NCBI RefSeq assembly: GCF_018350175.1
Contig: NC_058383.1
Coordinates: 8,496,001-8,560,000, forward strand
Length of the DNA stretch: 64,000 nucleotides
Source of the DNA: Felis catus
Lineage: Eukaryota
Reading direction: 5' to 3'
This document shows, in pieces, positions 25,109 to 37,424 of this stretch; positions within the stretch are counted from its first letter, which is position 1; the number at the start of each line of letters is the position of its first letter. Below the pieces are notes generated by a model. It saw only the letters and a list, made by a program, of their open reading frames with translations. It did no database searches and was not told where the DNA came from. The translations under genes were made by a program, and so were the position numbers.

Positions 25109-25709
25109 AGAAATAGACACTAACAAGTGTTGGCAAAGCGGCAAAGATTAGAACGGCCACTTGCTGCCGGGAGGAATATAAATGGTGCAGCTGCTTTGGA
25201 AAAGTCTAGCTTTTCCTCCAAAGGTTAAAGAAACGAGCTCCCATGCCCCTAGTTCTCCTACCCCCAGGCATATACCCAAGAGAAACAGCGTACGTTCTCG
25301 CAAAGACTTGTATGGAAATGTTCGTGGCAAAAAAGGTGGAAACCATCCAATACCCATCCGGTGAGAAGTGGACAAATAAGGTGTGGCCTACCCACCCGAC
25401 GGATGTTATCTGGCCGTAAGAGGAAATGATGGACAGATACGTGCTGCTACCCCACGGGCGAACCTTGACAACGTGATGCTAAGTAAACGAAGCCAGACGC
25501 AAAGGACCCCAGGTTCTATGATTCCACTCAGGAAATGTCCTGAATAAGCAAATTTACAGAGACAGAAGGTAGATGAGTGGTTGCCAGAGGCTGGGGCAAG
25601 GGAGTGACTCTTAATAGGTACGGGGTTTCTTTTTGGGGTGAGCAAAATGTTCTAAAATTGTGGCAGTTGCTGCCCTACCCCATGAATACACTAAAAATTA
25701 TAGACCTCA

Positions 25710-25931
25710 GGGGCGCCTGGGTGGCTCAGTCGGTTGAGCGTCCGACTTCGGCTCAGGTCATGATCTCACGGTCCATAAGTTCGAGCCCCGCGTCGGGCTC
25801 TGTGCTGCCAGCTCGGAGCCTGGCGCCCGCTTCGGATTCTGTGTCTCTCTCTCTCTCTGCCCTTCCCCCTCTGGTCCTCGCTCTCTCTCTCTCTCTCTCT
25901 CTCAAAACTAAATATTAAAAAATTTTTTTTA
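25710..25931 (+). mobile_element. CAN-SINE
   Basis: Full head, body and tail. Confidence 0.95.
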
Positions 25932-26017
25932 ATTTGTATATCTCAAATGGGTGGCCTGTATGGTATGTGAATTATATCTCAATATAGCTGTTATTACAGT
26001 TATATCTCAATAGCTGT

Positions 26018-26021
<4 letters not shown>

Positions 26022-26056
<35 letters not shown>

Positions 26057-26067
26057 AACAACAACAA
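26022..26067. repeat. (AC)n-(CAA)n compound microsatellite
   Basis: Seen directly. Confidence 0.95.
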
Positions 26068-26739
26068 CCTTCTCGGAATTTTGTGGGAGAAGGAAGTTTC
26101 CGCGTCCCTGCCCAGCCCAGTCCGGCCGCCTGAGTTCCGGCCTCCAGCTGCTCGGGCCCAAAGGAGCTGACACCCAACTAGCCCAGCAGAGAATCGACAA
26201 CGCTCTCAGGCCCGGCAACCCCCACGGGCCAGCGTGACAGACTTTCCCGTGATTAGGACGGGGAAGATTCACGGCTGCGTTTTGACCAGCTATCTCTTCA
26301 CTTCCCCCCGTGAAACATCCTGAGCCAGACTGTGGCTTTGTGCCTTGAAGCCCAAGGCCATGAATCAACATAATCCACTTATCAGGACCGAAGGCTGCGG
26401 TCACTGTGCATGTAGAAGAAACAACCCACATTTCTTGGCGCCTTCGTGGCAGAGGGCCGGGCCGCACCCTGGTGCCCACTGGGGAGAGCCGTGCTCCCGG
26501 ATCCTTCTGGACTCACCCACCACACGCCGCCCCCGGGGCATACCTTTCCCGTGGCGTCACAGCGGTGCCGCTGGGAGCCTGGCAGTCTGCGTCCCCATTT
26601 GCCGCTTCAGTGACTCTGGTGGGTGAGCCAGGCCCGGGCCGGGCCCATGCTGGGTTCCCTGGCTTTGGCTTTCTTACTCTCCTTTACGTTACGTTATAAA
26701 ACACAACCCTATGGGGGTGGGGAGGGGGAGGAGGGGTGA

Positions 26740-27285
26740 TGGGAGAAGAGGAGTTAAAAATACAAATTCCCAGCCGTAAACTAAATAAGTCCTGGGGATG
26801 CAAGGCACGGTGTGGGGACTACAGTTAACATACTGCATTGCATCTGAAAGGCGCGAAGAGATCTTAAAAGTTTTCATTACGAGAAAAAAAAAATCTTTTT
26901 ATTTTTTTTTTATTAAAAAAATGTTTTAATGCTGCATTTATTTTTGAGAGAGACATAGGGACAGAGCACGGAGGGGGAGGGGGAGAGAGAGAGGGAGACA
27001 CAGAATCGGAAGCAGGCTCCAGACTCCCCCGTCAGCACAGAGCCCGAAGGGGGGGGGGGGGTGGCTCGGACCTATGAACTGTGAGATCATGACCTGAGCC
27101 CAAGTCAGATGCCCAACCCACTGAGCCACCCAGGCGCCTCTAGAAAAAAAATCTTGTAACTACAAAGGGCGGCGGTGGATGTTAACTCGATACATGTTAA
27201 CTAGACTTCCCGCGTCCATCAGTTCACAAGATATACCAATATCGAGTCACTATGCTGTATGACATGTGTAAATTATGTCCCCCCA
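26740..27285 (+). mobile_element. L1MA-like 3' end split by a SINE
   Basis: 'aatacaaattcccagccgtaaactaaataagtcctggggatg...gagatcttaaaagttttcattac'. Confidence 0.7.
26895..27140 (-). mobile_element. CAN-SINE
   Basis: Reverse-complement SINEC with an internal G-run; TSD gaaaaaaa(aa)atctt. Confidence 0.93.
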
Positions 27286-27302
27286 AAAAACCCACCAAGA
27301 GC

Positions 27303-27424
27303 GGGGCACTTGGGTGGCTGAGTTGGTTAAGCATCTGACTCTTGATCTCAGCTCAGATCTTGATCTCAGGGGTCGTGAGCTCAAGCCCCGCGTTGGGCTC
27401 CGTGCTGGGTGTGAGGCCTACTTT
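27303..27424 (+). mobile_element. Older short CAN-SINE
   Basis: Head ggggcacttgggtggctgagttgg; tail resumes after 27678. Confidence 0.85.
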
Positions 27425-27666
27425 TTTTTTTTTTTTTAATTTAAAAAAAAATTTTTTTTCAACGTTTTTTATTTATTTTTGGGACAGAGAGAGACAGAGC
27501 ATGAACGGGGGAGGGGCAGAGAGAGAGGGAGACACAGAATCGGAAACAGGCTCCAGGCTCCGAGCCATCAGCCCAGAGCCTGACGCGGGGCTCGAACTCC
27601 CGGACCGCAAGATCGTGACCTGGCTGATGTCGGACGCTTAACCGACTGCGCCACCCAGGCACCCCA
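27425..27666 (-). mobile_element. Young SINEC_Fc-type copy, nested
   Basis: Diagnostic 'gactgcgccaccc' and 'gacctggctga'; 12-bp TSD gaggcctacttt. Confidence 0.97.
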
Positions 27667-27694
27667 GAGGCCTACTTTAAACAATAAAAAATTA

Positions 27695-27912
27695 GGGGCG
27701 CCTGGGTGGCTCAGTCAGTTGAGCGTCCGACTTCGGTTCAGGTCATGATCCCACGGTCTGTGGGTTCGAGCCCCGCGTCGGGCTCTGTGCTGACGGCTCG
27801 GAGCCTGGAGCCTGCTTTAGATTCTGTGTCTCCCTCTCTCTCTGCCCCTCCCTCGCTCATGCTCTGTCTCTCTCTCTGTCAAAAATAAATAAACATTAAA
27901 AAAAAATTTTTT
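27695..27912 (+). mobile_element. CAN-SINE
   Basis: Full head, body and tail. Confidence 0.95.
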
Positions 27913-28119
27913 TAATAAAATAAATAAATCAATAATTAGAATTAAAATTAAAAAAAAAAAAAAAGACCAAAAAAAAGAAAACCAACTTCAGTCAGGGCCC
28001 CTACCTTCGGCTTAACGCCCTTCGGTGCCTTCCCAGGGTAAAGAAAGAGCTTCCGAAGCTGGCCTGGTGTGACTTCCAGGGGGCGTGCCCCTGCGGGGCC
28101 TCGCGAGCACGTGTTCTCA

Positions 28120-28465
28120 CTCTCAAACACGCTGGCTTCATTTCAGCTCCTCCAAGTCCCCCTGTCCCCTCTCGCCTCCGGGCCCCTGGACAACCTTCCC
28201 CCTGCTTTTCTCACACCTAGTTGATTAGCTCATTGCGGGCTGAAACCCCTCTTTCGAGAACGTCTTCCCTGATGCCCCAGGACCCTGGCACCTCCCCTTC
28301 CAGCGCTGGCCAGCGTTGTCCACGTTGGTGCAATGATGGAATTAATGTCTGTCTCCCCTGCCAGGCTGAGCATCCCCTGAAGGCAGGGGATGTGTCTCTG
28401 CTTCACTCACGCGGTCACGCCCGTGTAGCTGGCCTAGAGCCTGGCACACAGCAGACATTCAAAAA
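28120..28465 (+). mobile_element. L2 3' fragment
   Basis: 'gtctgtctcccctgccaggctgagcatcccctgaaggcagggg...gcctggcacacagcagacattcaa'. Confidence 0.6.
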
Positions 28466-28470
28466 ACCCC

Positions 28471-28690
28471 GGGGCGCCTGGGTGGCTCTGTCGGTTAAGT
28501 GTCCGACTTCGGCTCATGTTATGATCTCACACAGTTCATGAGTTCGAGCCCCGTGGCCGGCTCTGTGCCGACAGCTCGGAGCCTGGAGCCTGCTTCGGAT
28601 TCTGTGTCTCCCTCTCTCTCTCTGCCCCTCCCCTGCTCACGCTCTGTCTCTTTCTCTCTCAAAAAATAAATAAACATTTTTTTTAAAAAA
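28471..28690 (+). mobile_element. CAN-SINE
   Basis: Full head, body and tail. Confidence 0.95.
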
Positions 28691-31611
28691 GGCCTTGTTG
28701 ATAGAAACAAAAGAAAGAACGCCGTTCTGAAGTCTCACTGGCGCCCATTCCTGTGTTCAGCTTCCTGAATTACCCCATTCTCTCCAAACATAAATCAGAT
28801 TACAGCCTTCCTCTGCCTAGAACCCTCCAAAAGCTTCCCACTGTGACTGTAATAAAATCCAAACTCCTTGCCTCCGTCTACAAGGACTCGCGGGGCCTCA
28901 TCCCTCCGCCTCTCTCTTCCATCTCTACGGGAAGCGCTGGAGGGTTCTAGGCAAGCCTCTGCCTCCTGAGCTGCCGCTTTGACCTCTTTGTGCCCCTTGA
29001 CCCCTCCAAATGCATTTCCATCTCCACATTGCGTGGGGCCAAGCCAGTCAGAAAGGAGGGCCAGCCCCGAGCACTGAGCTTGACCCGAAGAACCACCTGC
29101 CAGCCTCCTGGGGGCCTGTACCCCCCTGGCCCAGCAAGGGGGGGTGCCAGGTGCCCCCGATCAGAAGAGTTTTATCGCTGACATCGTGCAGAATTGTCAG
29201 CACGCAGTGATAACGAAGAGCAAGCAAACTCTGGGTCCATTTTATTATCGCTGTTAAATCCTCCGCAGATGACGCGCCCCCTTGCCGCCTGCACCCGGGA
29301 AGGACCACGGGCCACTCACACACCTGCCCCCACCTCGCACGTCACTGCTCTGCGGGATGATGCCCACCGTCCATTCTCCTCTTGGTCAGGTGTAGGAAAA
29401 GGGAGGGCAAAGCTCGTGTTCTGCCTTCGGGGTTCCCTGACACAGGCACGAATTTTATATCACTCCACATGGCTGGGCAGGTCAGCATTTCCTGCCAGGG
29501 AGGGAGGTGGGGGCTCAGTCACTCAGTCACACTGCAGGAATTCAAGCAGCCCTCACGTGACAGGCTTTCTGGACTGGGGCTTGGGAAGGACTATGGCATC
29601 CATTTAAGGTCTGTTGGCTTCCTCTGAGATGAGCGTGGGCATTCTAGATCCTTCCGTCGAGCCTCTATGCCATGAGCCTCGCTGCTGATGGCGGGGCGGT
29701 GAGAGCAAGACAGAAAGCCTCTGAATATTCTTCCTGGCTGTTCCTTGTGCCGGCATTTCCCCTCACCCCGATCTACGTGTATCTTACTCTCCTATCAGGG
29801 AGGCCGAGTTCTCTGCATTTTTTTGGATGAGTAAACTGGGGCAAAGTTATAGCCAACGGGGAGCCAGCTGGTCAGGCTCCAGTGGGGAGCGCCTTCCTGT
29901 GCCTCTGCCCCCTGCCCCCCAATAGCAGAGAGGGAATAAATGACAGTGGGGAGAAGAGGCAGGATTGGGGCCCTGTTCTCAGAAAGGATCAAGCAAGGTC
30001 CTGCTTAATGACTAGTCAGGCAGCACAAATCGTTGTCAATTGTAAAATTTCAACAGAAACACCAGGGAAAGAAACACTGGCCAAGTGGGCTGGGAAACCC
30101 TGGCCGGGAAAACAGTCCTCTGTTCCAGTTTTCGCAAGGGGATTCAGATAGATTCGGCCGCTCAGATCCAGCCCTTGTTAGGGTCCCGCCGCCGTCACAG
30201 ACATTAGCCACGCACACCATGATGCACTGGGGCCTCACGACCATCCTTGGGGGAACACTAATTATGCCCATTTTACAGACGATGGAACTGAGTCTCAGAG
30301 AAAGGCAGCAGCTTGTGCAAGAAAGCCAGGAGCTCCGCCTTCTACCTTTTTAGGGAAATGTGAACCCTGACCTCCCTAGCCCACTCCCACCCCCCACCCC
30401 TCCTCCACAGCACCCCCCTCTCCTAACAGACCCCCCCCCCACCAGCTCTTCCCCACCTGCCTGCAGGTCTATGGCTGGCTACTGCCAGAGGAATCCCACG
30501 ACCTCACCCCCACGCCCATTCCTGAAGATTCTATGAGAAGCGAGCCGTCCGGAACTCTGAGCCCAACATGAAGGACATTAGTAGGTGTTAGAAAAGATAG
30601 TCAAGTGTGTAATGACTCCTTCCTTGGAAGTGAACCTTCATTTCCAACGTCTGACAATCCCACCGCTAACAAATCCAAGAGGGCAGTCAGGGCTGGAATG
30701 GCCATAACAGAGCTGGGGCCGGACTCACACGGAGCTACCAAGGGGCCCACGGGGACCACACCGGCCACTGGCCTCTCCTCCTTGTGTCCAGCTTCCTGAG
30801 CGTTCTGAGTTGGAGACCTTGCTGTCCCAGGTAAGCCTAGAATCTGGGACAGCCCCAGAAGGGGACTGTCGGGGCTTCTGGATGGGGCGTCAGGGCTTCC
30901 GGGTGGACAGATCAGCCTAAGGGTCTCTGCCAGGGTATACCTCCTTCGCCCCCAGCCTCCTCCTGAGACCCCAGCTCCCCCCGCCCGTATTCCCAGCCGA
31001 CCGAGCCTCGCCCTGTCCGTTTTCACTTTTAAGCCCAAGTCCACAAGACAGGGATTGGGGCCCACAGAGCAGAAGAGACTTGTCGAGAAGCTCACCGTAA
31101 GTTCTCTCCCTCTCCGAGCCCCAACACGTTGGGTCTGTGCCTCAAGGGAACATTTACAATCTGATTCTCGTGTGGGCATATGAATTCCATCCTACCGGCC
31201 CACCCAGAATCCTCGCTCTGGGAAGGCAAGGCTTGGGTCGGGCCTAATTCCTGCAGACCAGAATGCTAGCTCGGGGCCAGGCTGCAGAAGGAAAGAAGAA
31301 AGTGGAGAGGAGAGGGGAGGGGAGGTGGGAGATGAAGCCGGGCAGGGTGGCAGCATTCAGGACCTGCGATCTTACCCCCATAGGGGCTACTGGAGCAACG
31401 GGAACCATCCATTCAGCAAGTGCTTGTTACTTGAGCCCCTCCCGTAAGCTCAGCCTCGAACAGACACTGAAGTGACAGCAGAGAACGATGCAGAGTCCCG
31501 TCCTCGGGGCACGTGCCTTCTGGAACTTCCCGAGGAGATAGCAGCTGGCATTGTCAGATGCAAATGACAGAGATCCAAACGGAACAAGCTTAATCGAAAA
31601 TGGAAAATCTA

Positions 31612-31820
31612 GGGGCGTCTGGGTGGCTCTGTCGGTGGAACGTCTGACTCTTGATTTCGGCCCACGTCATGATCTCACGGTTCATGGGATCGAGCCCCGC
31701 GTCGGGCTCTAAGCTGACAGTGAGGAGCCTGCTTGGGATTCTCTCTCTCCCTCTCTGCCCCTCCCCAGCTCATTCTCTCTCACTCTCTCAAAATAAATAA
31801 ACTAATAAAAAATGTTTACA
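31612..31820 (+). mobile_element. CAN-SINE
   Basis: TSD aaaatgg(a/g)aaatc. Confidence 0.93.
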
Positions 31821-32160
31821 AAAATGGGAAATCCGTTGACTCCAGTGACCCAAATGTAGGTCAGGCCGCGGAGGTGCTGGCTTTAGGCACTTTGGTTGAG
31901 GCGGTTGAGACCCTGCATGCCTCTGGCTCCGCCTCTTGTCCCTACTTCCTCTGCTGTCACTGCGGACCTCTCTCGCCTCCTGGCTGCTCCAGATCCACTT
32001 CCTCAAACTCGCCACCAGAGCACAAAGTCACTTTTGTTCTCCCCACTCTAGATTCTAAAGCCCCAGCGAAGGACTGTGATAGGTGTGTGTGGTGTCATGT
32101 GACCACCCTTTGGCCCAGTCACGGTGGCCGGAGAACTGGGTCCGTCAGAAAAAGCAAGGA

Positions 32161-32370
32161 AGGGCGCCTGGGTGGCTCAGACAGTTAAGCTCCGACTCAG
32201 GTCATGATCTCGTGGTTTGTGAGTTCGAGGCCCGCGTGGGGCTCTGTGCTGACCACTGAGAGCCTGGAGCCTGCTTTGGATTCTGCGCCTCCCTCTCTCT
32301 CTCTCTGCCTCTCCCCCGCTCGTGCTCTCTCAAAACTAAATAAAAACATTTTTAAAATTTTTTAAAAAGA
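32161..32370 (+). mobile_element. CAN-SINE
   Basis: TSD aagcaaggaa. Confidence 0.93.
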
Positions 32371-32469
32371 AGAAGCAAGGAAACAGCGCAGGGCAGACAG
32401 ACTCAGACATCCGTCCCCCATGGCTACGATTTAGTTTGCTGCTCGTATCGGCTCTGGAACGGAAGATGG

Positions 32470-32812
32470 TGTAGTCCACCCAGGTGACTGTAGCGGAAGT
32501 ACCAGGGACTGAGTGGCTTATAAACAACAGAAACTTATTTCTTACAGTTCTGGAGGCTGGGAAGTCCAAGATCAAGGCTCTGGCAGATATGGTTTCAGGT
32601 GAGAGCTCTCTTCCTGGTCCATAGCGCTCGTCCTGATGTGTCCTCATGTGGCAGGAGGGGCAAGGGAGCTCTTGGGGGGCCTCTTTTATGAGGGCGCTAA
32701 TCCCATTCCCGAGGGCTCCACCGTCCTGACATAATCATCTCCCGAAGGCCGCGCCTCCTACCACCGTTACAAACCGGGGGTTAGGATACAACGCAAACAT
32801 TCAGACCATAGC
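32470..32812 (-). mobile_element. MLT1A-like solo LTR (MaLR)
   Basis: 'ggcttataaacaacagaaacttatttcttacagttctggaggctgggaagtccaagatcaagg' and end 'caaacattcagaccatagca'. Confidence 0.85.
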
Positions 32813-34011
32813 AGAGGGCAAGAAGAAAGGGCAAGGCCCTGGGACCCCCTTTCCGGAGAAACTGAGGCCTTGAGAGCTCCTTCCTATCGTGACACCGCCA
32901 AGCCAGGCGAGCGCCAGCCCCGAACCCAACCCCCCGGATGGCGAGCCCACGCCGCCCCCGCACCAGAGGCCAACTCAGTTGGGACTTAATTCCCGCTGGG
33001 GTTGAAGCGAGCAAAGGGGAACTGGGTTTCAAATATGTTTTGGGAAATTTTGCTGAGATTGAAGCGGCATGGCCCAGGGCACATCTCCGCACACACGCGC
33101 ACGGAGAGGGGATGGTAGCCTGGTTCGGATCGCACCCCGGGGCTGTGCGTGTGAGCCCGCGAAGGGTTTTAGGAATGATATCGTCCGCCCAGATGGGTGA
33201 TGCAAGGCGCCCTGAAAAGCTGGAAAAAGATCATCACAGCTACTAGCTATTTCGTGCCAGACATTCTAAATATCAGGGGAGCACGTTTCCCCCCACTGCT
33301 GAAGTGTCCATTGGGGCAGGGTGCCCCCTATTCGCTTCCTGATCCTCCTCCCCTCCCCCCCACCCCCGGGGAGGAGAATGGACTCCCGGACTGGTGGAGT
33401 TTGGAGCAGGAATGACCGTGCCCAGCGTAGTTCCTTCTGGGCATGCTCTTTTCCAACCGGCCACGTGCAGGGAGGGTCTACCGCCTGCAAGTGTCTGGGT
33501 CAACCGGGTTCCGAATCTGCCAGGGGAGAAGTTGTATTTCTTGGCCTCCCCAAACCCCCAACAGCAGGTACGTAATAATTATCCAACAACACGGTAAGGT
33601 GCGTATTATTATTATTCCCATTTGAAGGACACGGACAACTGAGGCTGAATGACCTAAGACCACCCCACTCTTCAGGGACGGGACCGAGGGATTCAGAAGC
33701 TGGCGTGTCAGGCAGATAGCCTGTGCCGCGGGCACCCCTAGAACTCAGGCCTGGTGACTCCTGTCCAGTTCTCGCTCCGTGGCACTTGCCATCTCCCCTC
33801 ACAGACCAGACCTCAGAGAAAACCATCAGACGTCACCACTGCCTTCTAAAAGCTTGCAGTGAAAACCAGACGCATCGACTGAGTTCTCATCAGAAAGCAC
33901 TGAATGAGATGCCGTGTAAAAACAGGCTTCTAGCTACCCACCTAGAAATAACACTGTGTAACCAGCTCAGGGCAAAAGTGTGCGAGCATTCCATATAAAA
34001 GCACACGCAGA

Positions 34012-34457
34012 GGGGCGCCTGGGTGGCTCAGTCGGTTGAGTGGCCGACTCTTGATTTCAGCTCAGGTCATGATCCCGGGGTTGTGGGATCAAGCCCCATG
34101 TCAGGCTCTGCGCTGAGCACAGAAGCTGCTTAAGATTCTCTCTCTCGGGGCGCCTGGGTGGCTCAGTCGGTTCAGCGTCCGACTTTGGCTCAAGTCATGA
34201 TCTCGTGGTCCATGAGTTCGAGCCCCGCGTCGGGCTCTGTGCTGACAGCTCAGAGCCTGGAGCCTGTTTCCGATTCTGTGTCTCCCTCTCTCTCTGACCC
34301 TCCCCTGTTCATGCTCTGTCTCTCTCTGTCTCAAAAATAAATAAACGTTAAAAAAAATTAAAAAAAAAAAAGATTCTCTCTCTCTCTCTCCCTCCCTTCC
34401 TCTGCCCCTCTCCCCTGCTCGTGCTCTCTATCTCTCTAAAATTAAAAATTAAAAATT
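34012..34457 (+). mobile_element. Older CAN-SINE split by a nested SINE
   Basis: Body resumes at ~34385; degenerate TSD taaaagcacacgcaga / taaaagtacatgtaga. Confidence 0.9.
34147..34369 (+). mobile_element. CAN-SINE, nested
   Basis: Perfect 15-bp TSD aagattctctctctc. Confidence 0.96.
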
Positions 34458-36183
34458 AAAAGTACATGTAGAATGCTGGCAACCAGGCATGGTGTGCAGG
34501 ATGTGTTTGATACATTCTGGTTCCCGTCTGTGTGACCTTGGACAAGTCACCTGCCCTCTCTGAACCTTGACTTCTTTGCCTACGTGCTAGTTGGAATGAT
34601 GGCACCCAGCGAGATGGGTTCTGTGAGGATGCTATGGAAACGTGTACGGAGAAGCTGTGTGCAATACGCCAGCTCAGGACAATGGCAGAGGGCTAGGATT
34701 CTCTCCTACACCCCACAGGAGCCCCAGTGAGCTCTCCCGGATTCCTGACCCTAAGCCAGTACTGGCCTGACTCACAGAGGATCAGACGGTCACAGTCTGG
34801 TAAGAAAGGGCAATTCTGTTGGGCAGACCGTCGTAACCTGGGCTTGGTACTGGGTCATCCACTCCCGAGCAGGCCAAGGAGGGCCCTCTGATTCACCCCG
34901 TTTCCCCAGACCAGTGTGGGAGGCGGCCCGGAGGAGGGCCTAGGTGAACAGGTGTAGCATGAATGTGTGCGTGAGCATGTCAGTAAATGAGTTCGATCCA
35001 CAAATATTTACTGAGTGCCTATTATACGCCAGGCGCTATGAATTGTGGAGTAAAAGCGGCCCTGTCCTGCCCTCACGGAGCCTCCAGTCTACCAGGGCAG
35101 AATATGAAACAACACACACAGATCGATCATGGAGGCCTCGTGGGCTTCAGCACAGAATTCGGATTTTACCTTAAATCTCATCAAAGGCCGTTCTGAAGTT
35201 CTCCGCAGGGAGAGACGGGACCTGATCGGCATGTCAGTTGCTCTGGCTGCTGTGTGGACGACAGACGGGAGGTGGAGCTCGTGCTGTGGCCGCTACGGCG
35301 GGTCCAGACGACAGGGTGTGGCAGCTGAAACGGGCGTGATGGCCGTGGCCATGGTGAGCAGTAGCCGTATGGGGGGTGCACTTTGGAGCTGGAAGCCACA
35401 CCATGTGACGGGCTTTCTGGACAGGAGAAATGGTCAGCGTTGAGTTGGGGACATGGGGAGTTGGGTGTGTCCTGGGGACGTCCAGGCGGAGGTGTTAAGG
35501 GGCAGCAGGGTACAGGGGCTGGTGCTCAGGGGTGAGTGCTAGAGGGTTTGGGGACGGAATGGGGGCCAGGTGAGTGGGTGCCCTCGCTAGAGCCGAGGGC
35601 TGGCCTGCTGTGCTTGGAAGCAGGTCTTGAGAGTTCTTGGGAACTGGGACTCTGAGTTGGGAGACCCGGCTGGCCCCGACCCCTCCACAGCCCACCTCCC
35701 CGCTTCTTCCGGACACACTGGCACACATTCCTGCAGTTTCCGGGAGAGAAAAGGCTCGGGCCGGAAGCAGCGATGGAGGCAGCGTGGGCGGACTCCGGGG
35801 AGGACGGGAGGGGTGGGGGAGGGGGGGAGAGAGGCCGGGATGCCCCTTCCTCCTCCCCTCACGCAGCTGTCCAGGCCGAGCTGGGCACAGTGAGTCACAG
35901 GCTTGCACTTCGTGCCTCCACCTCTAGGGGGGGCCAGCGTGCCATCAGGTATGGAGCTCGGTGTCAGTCCTGGTCTTCGGGACCCTCCTTTCTGTCACTT
36001 TCCCACCTGAACGGGCGGCCCTCCTCTGCTCTCCACGATCCCACTTGAAGACACAGACTTGGCCGGAGCAATTCTGCCAACTTTCAAGCTCTCGTCTGTG
36101 CATACTGGGTGCTTACTCGATGTTTGGTGCGTTGAATCAAAAGTGTTTGATTCATAGTTCTCAAGCTAGGCTGAAGATCTCTC

Positions 36184-36400
36184 TTTTTTTTTTTTTAGAA
36201 TGCTTATTTATTTTGAGAGAGAAAAAGAGAGAGCGTGCGAGCAGGGGAGGGGCAGAGAGAGGAGACAGAGAATCCCAAGCAGGCTCTGTGCTGTCCGGCC
36301 CAGAGCCCAACACGGGGCTGGAACTCACAAACTGGGAGATCATGACCCTGGGCCAAAACCAAGAGTCGGACGCTTAACGGGCTGAGCCACCCAGGTGCCC
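36184..36400 (-). mobile_element. CAN-SINE
   Basis: Reverse-complement head 'tgagccacccaggtgcccc'. Confidence 0.95.
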
Positions 36401-36742
36401 CTGTCTTTCTTTCTGTCTCTGTCTCTGTCATAAGATGGTGTTCAGGGTGGGGGTAGGGGGTTTCTCCTCGGGAGACCTATCCCAGCTCTGGATGGTTGAG
36501 GAAGATTTTTCTCCCCAGGTTCCAGATCTGCAAAAGGCACCCCCCAGCCTGTCTCCAGCTGCCAGCCTTAATCAGTCATGGCTGGAAGGAACAGCAGGGA
36601 CCCTTCACTGGGCACTCACGGTGTGGCAGGTGCTGGCGGGCACGGTGCTAACGTCACCCACATTGTCTCAGGTAATTCTCTTGATATCCCCATGACTTGA
36701 TTCAGGAAGTACGTTGGGAAGGGTCTCAAGAAAGGCACTCAA

Positions 36743-37039
36743 GGGGCACCTGGGTGGCTCAGTCGGTGAAGCATCCAACTTCGGCTCAGGTCACGGTCTC
36801 GCGGTTCGTGGGTTCGAGCCCTGCGTCGGGCGCTGTGCTGACAGCTGGGAGCCTGGAGCCTGCTTCGGATCTGCGTCTCCCCCTCTCTCACGTGCTCTGT
36901 CTCTCTCTGTCTCTTAAAAAATGAATGAGTATTGAGGAGGGCACCTTTTGGGATGAGCACTGGGTGTTGTATGGAAACCAATTTGACAATAAACATATAT
37001 TGAAAAAAAAATGAATGAACGTTAAAAAATATTTAAAAA
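36743..37039 (+). mobile_element. CAN-SINE with an L1 stub in its tail
   Basis: TSD aaagg(a)cactcaag. Confidence 0.93.
36929..37005 (+). mobile_element. Severely 5'-truncated carnivore/felid L1 3' end
   Basis: 'attgaggagggcaccttttgggatgagcactgggtgttgtatggaaaccaatttgacaataaa' plus A tail; 13-bp TSD aaaaaatgaatga. Confidence 0.85.
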
Positions 37040-37184
37040 AAGGACACTCAAGAGGGCCAAGTGACTTCCCAAGGACACTCAGTAACTTCATGGCAGGCCT
37101 GTCTGACCTCAGGGTCTCTGCTCCCGGTCACTTTGCCTCCAAACTGCCCGCCCCTCGGGAGGCCACTCAGAAGTGACCATGCAG

Positions 37185-37424
37185 GGGGGCCTGGGATGGC
37201 TCCATCGGTTAAGCGTCCAACTTTGGCTCAGGTCATGATCTCACAGTTTGTGAGTTTGAGCCCCGCATCGGGCTCTGTGCTGACAGCTCAGCTCAGGGCC
37301 TAGAGCCTGCTTCGGATTCTGTGCCTCCCTCTCTCCTTGCCCCCCACCCCCCGCTCGTGCTCTGTCTCTCTGTGTCTCTCAAAAATAAATAAATGTTAAA
37401 AGAAGTTTAAAAGAAAAGAAAAAA
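37185..37424 (+). mobile_element. CAN-SINE
   Basis: Perfect 16-bp TSD agaagtgaccatgcag. Confidence 0.96.

Larger units (their letters stand above)
24200..25998 (+). mobile_element. L1MB-like fragment (ORF2 end and 3' UTR) hosting four SINEs
   Basis: 'cttacaactcaataataaaaagacaaa', 'ggcatatacccaagagaaa', 'tatggtatgtgaattatatctcaat' (L1 3' terminus). Confidence 0.8.
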
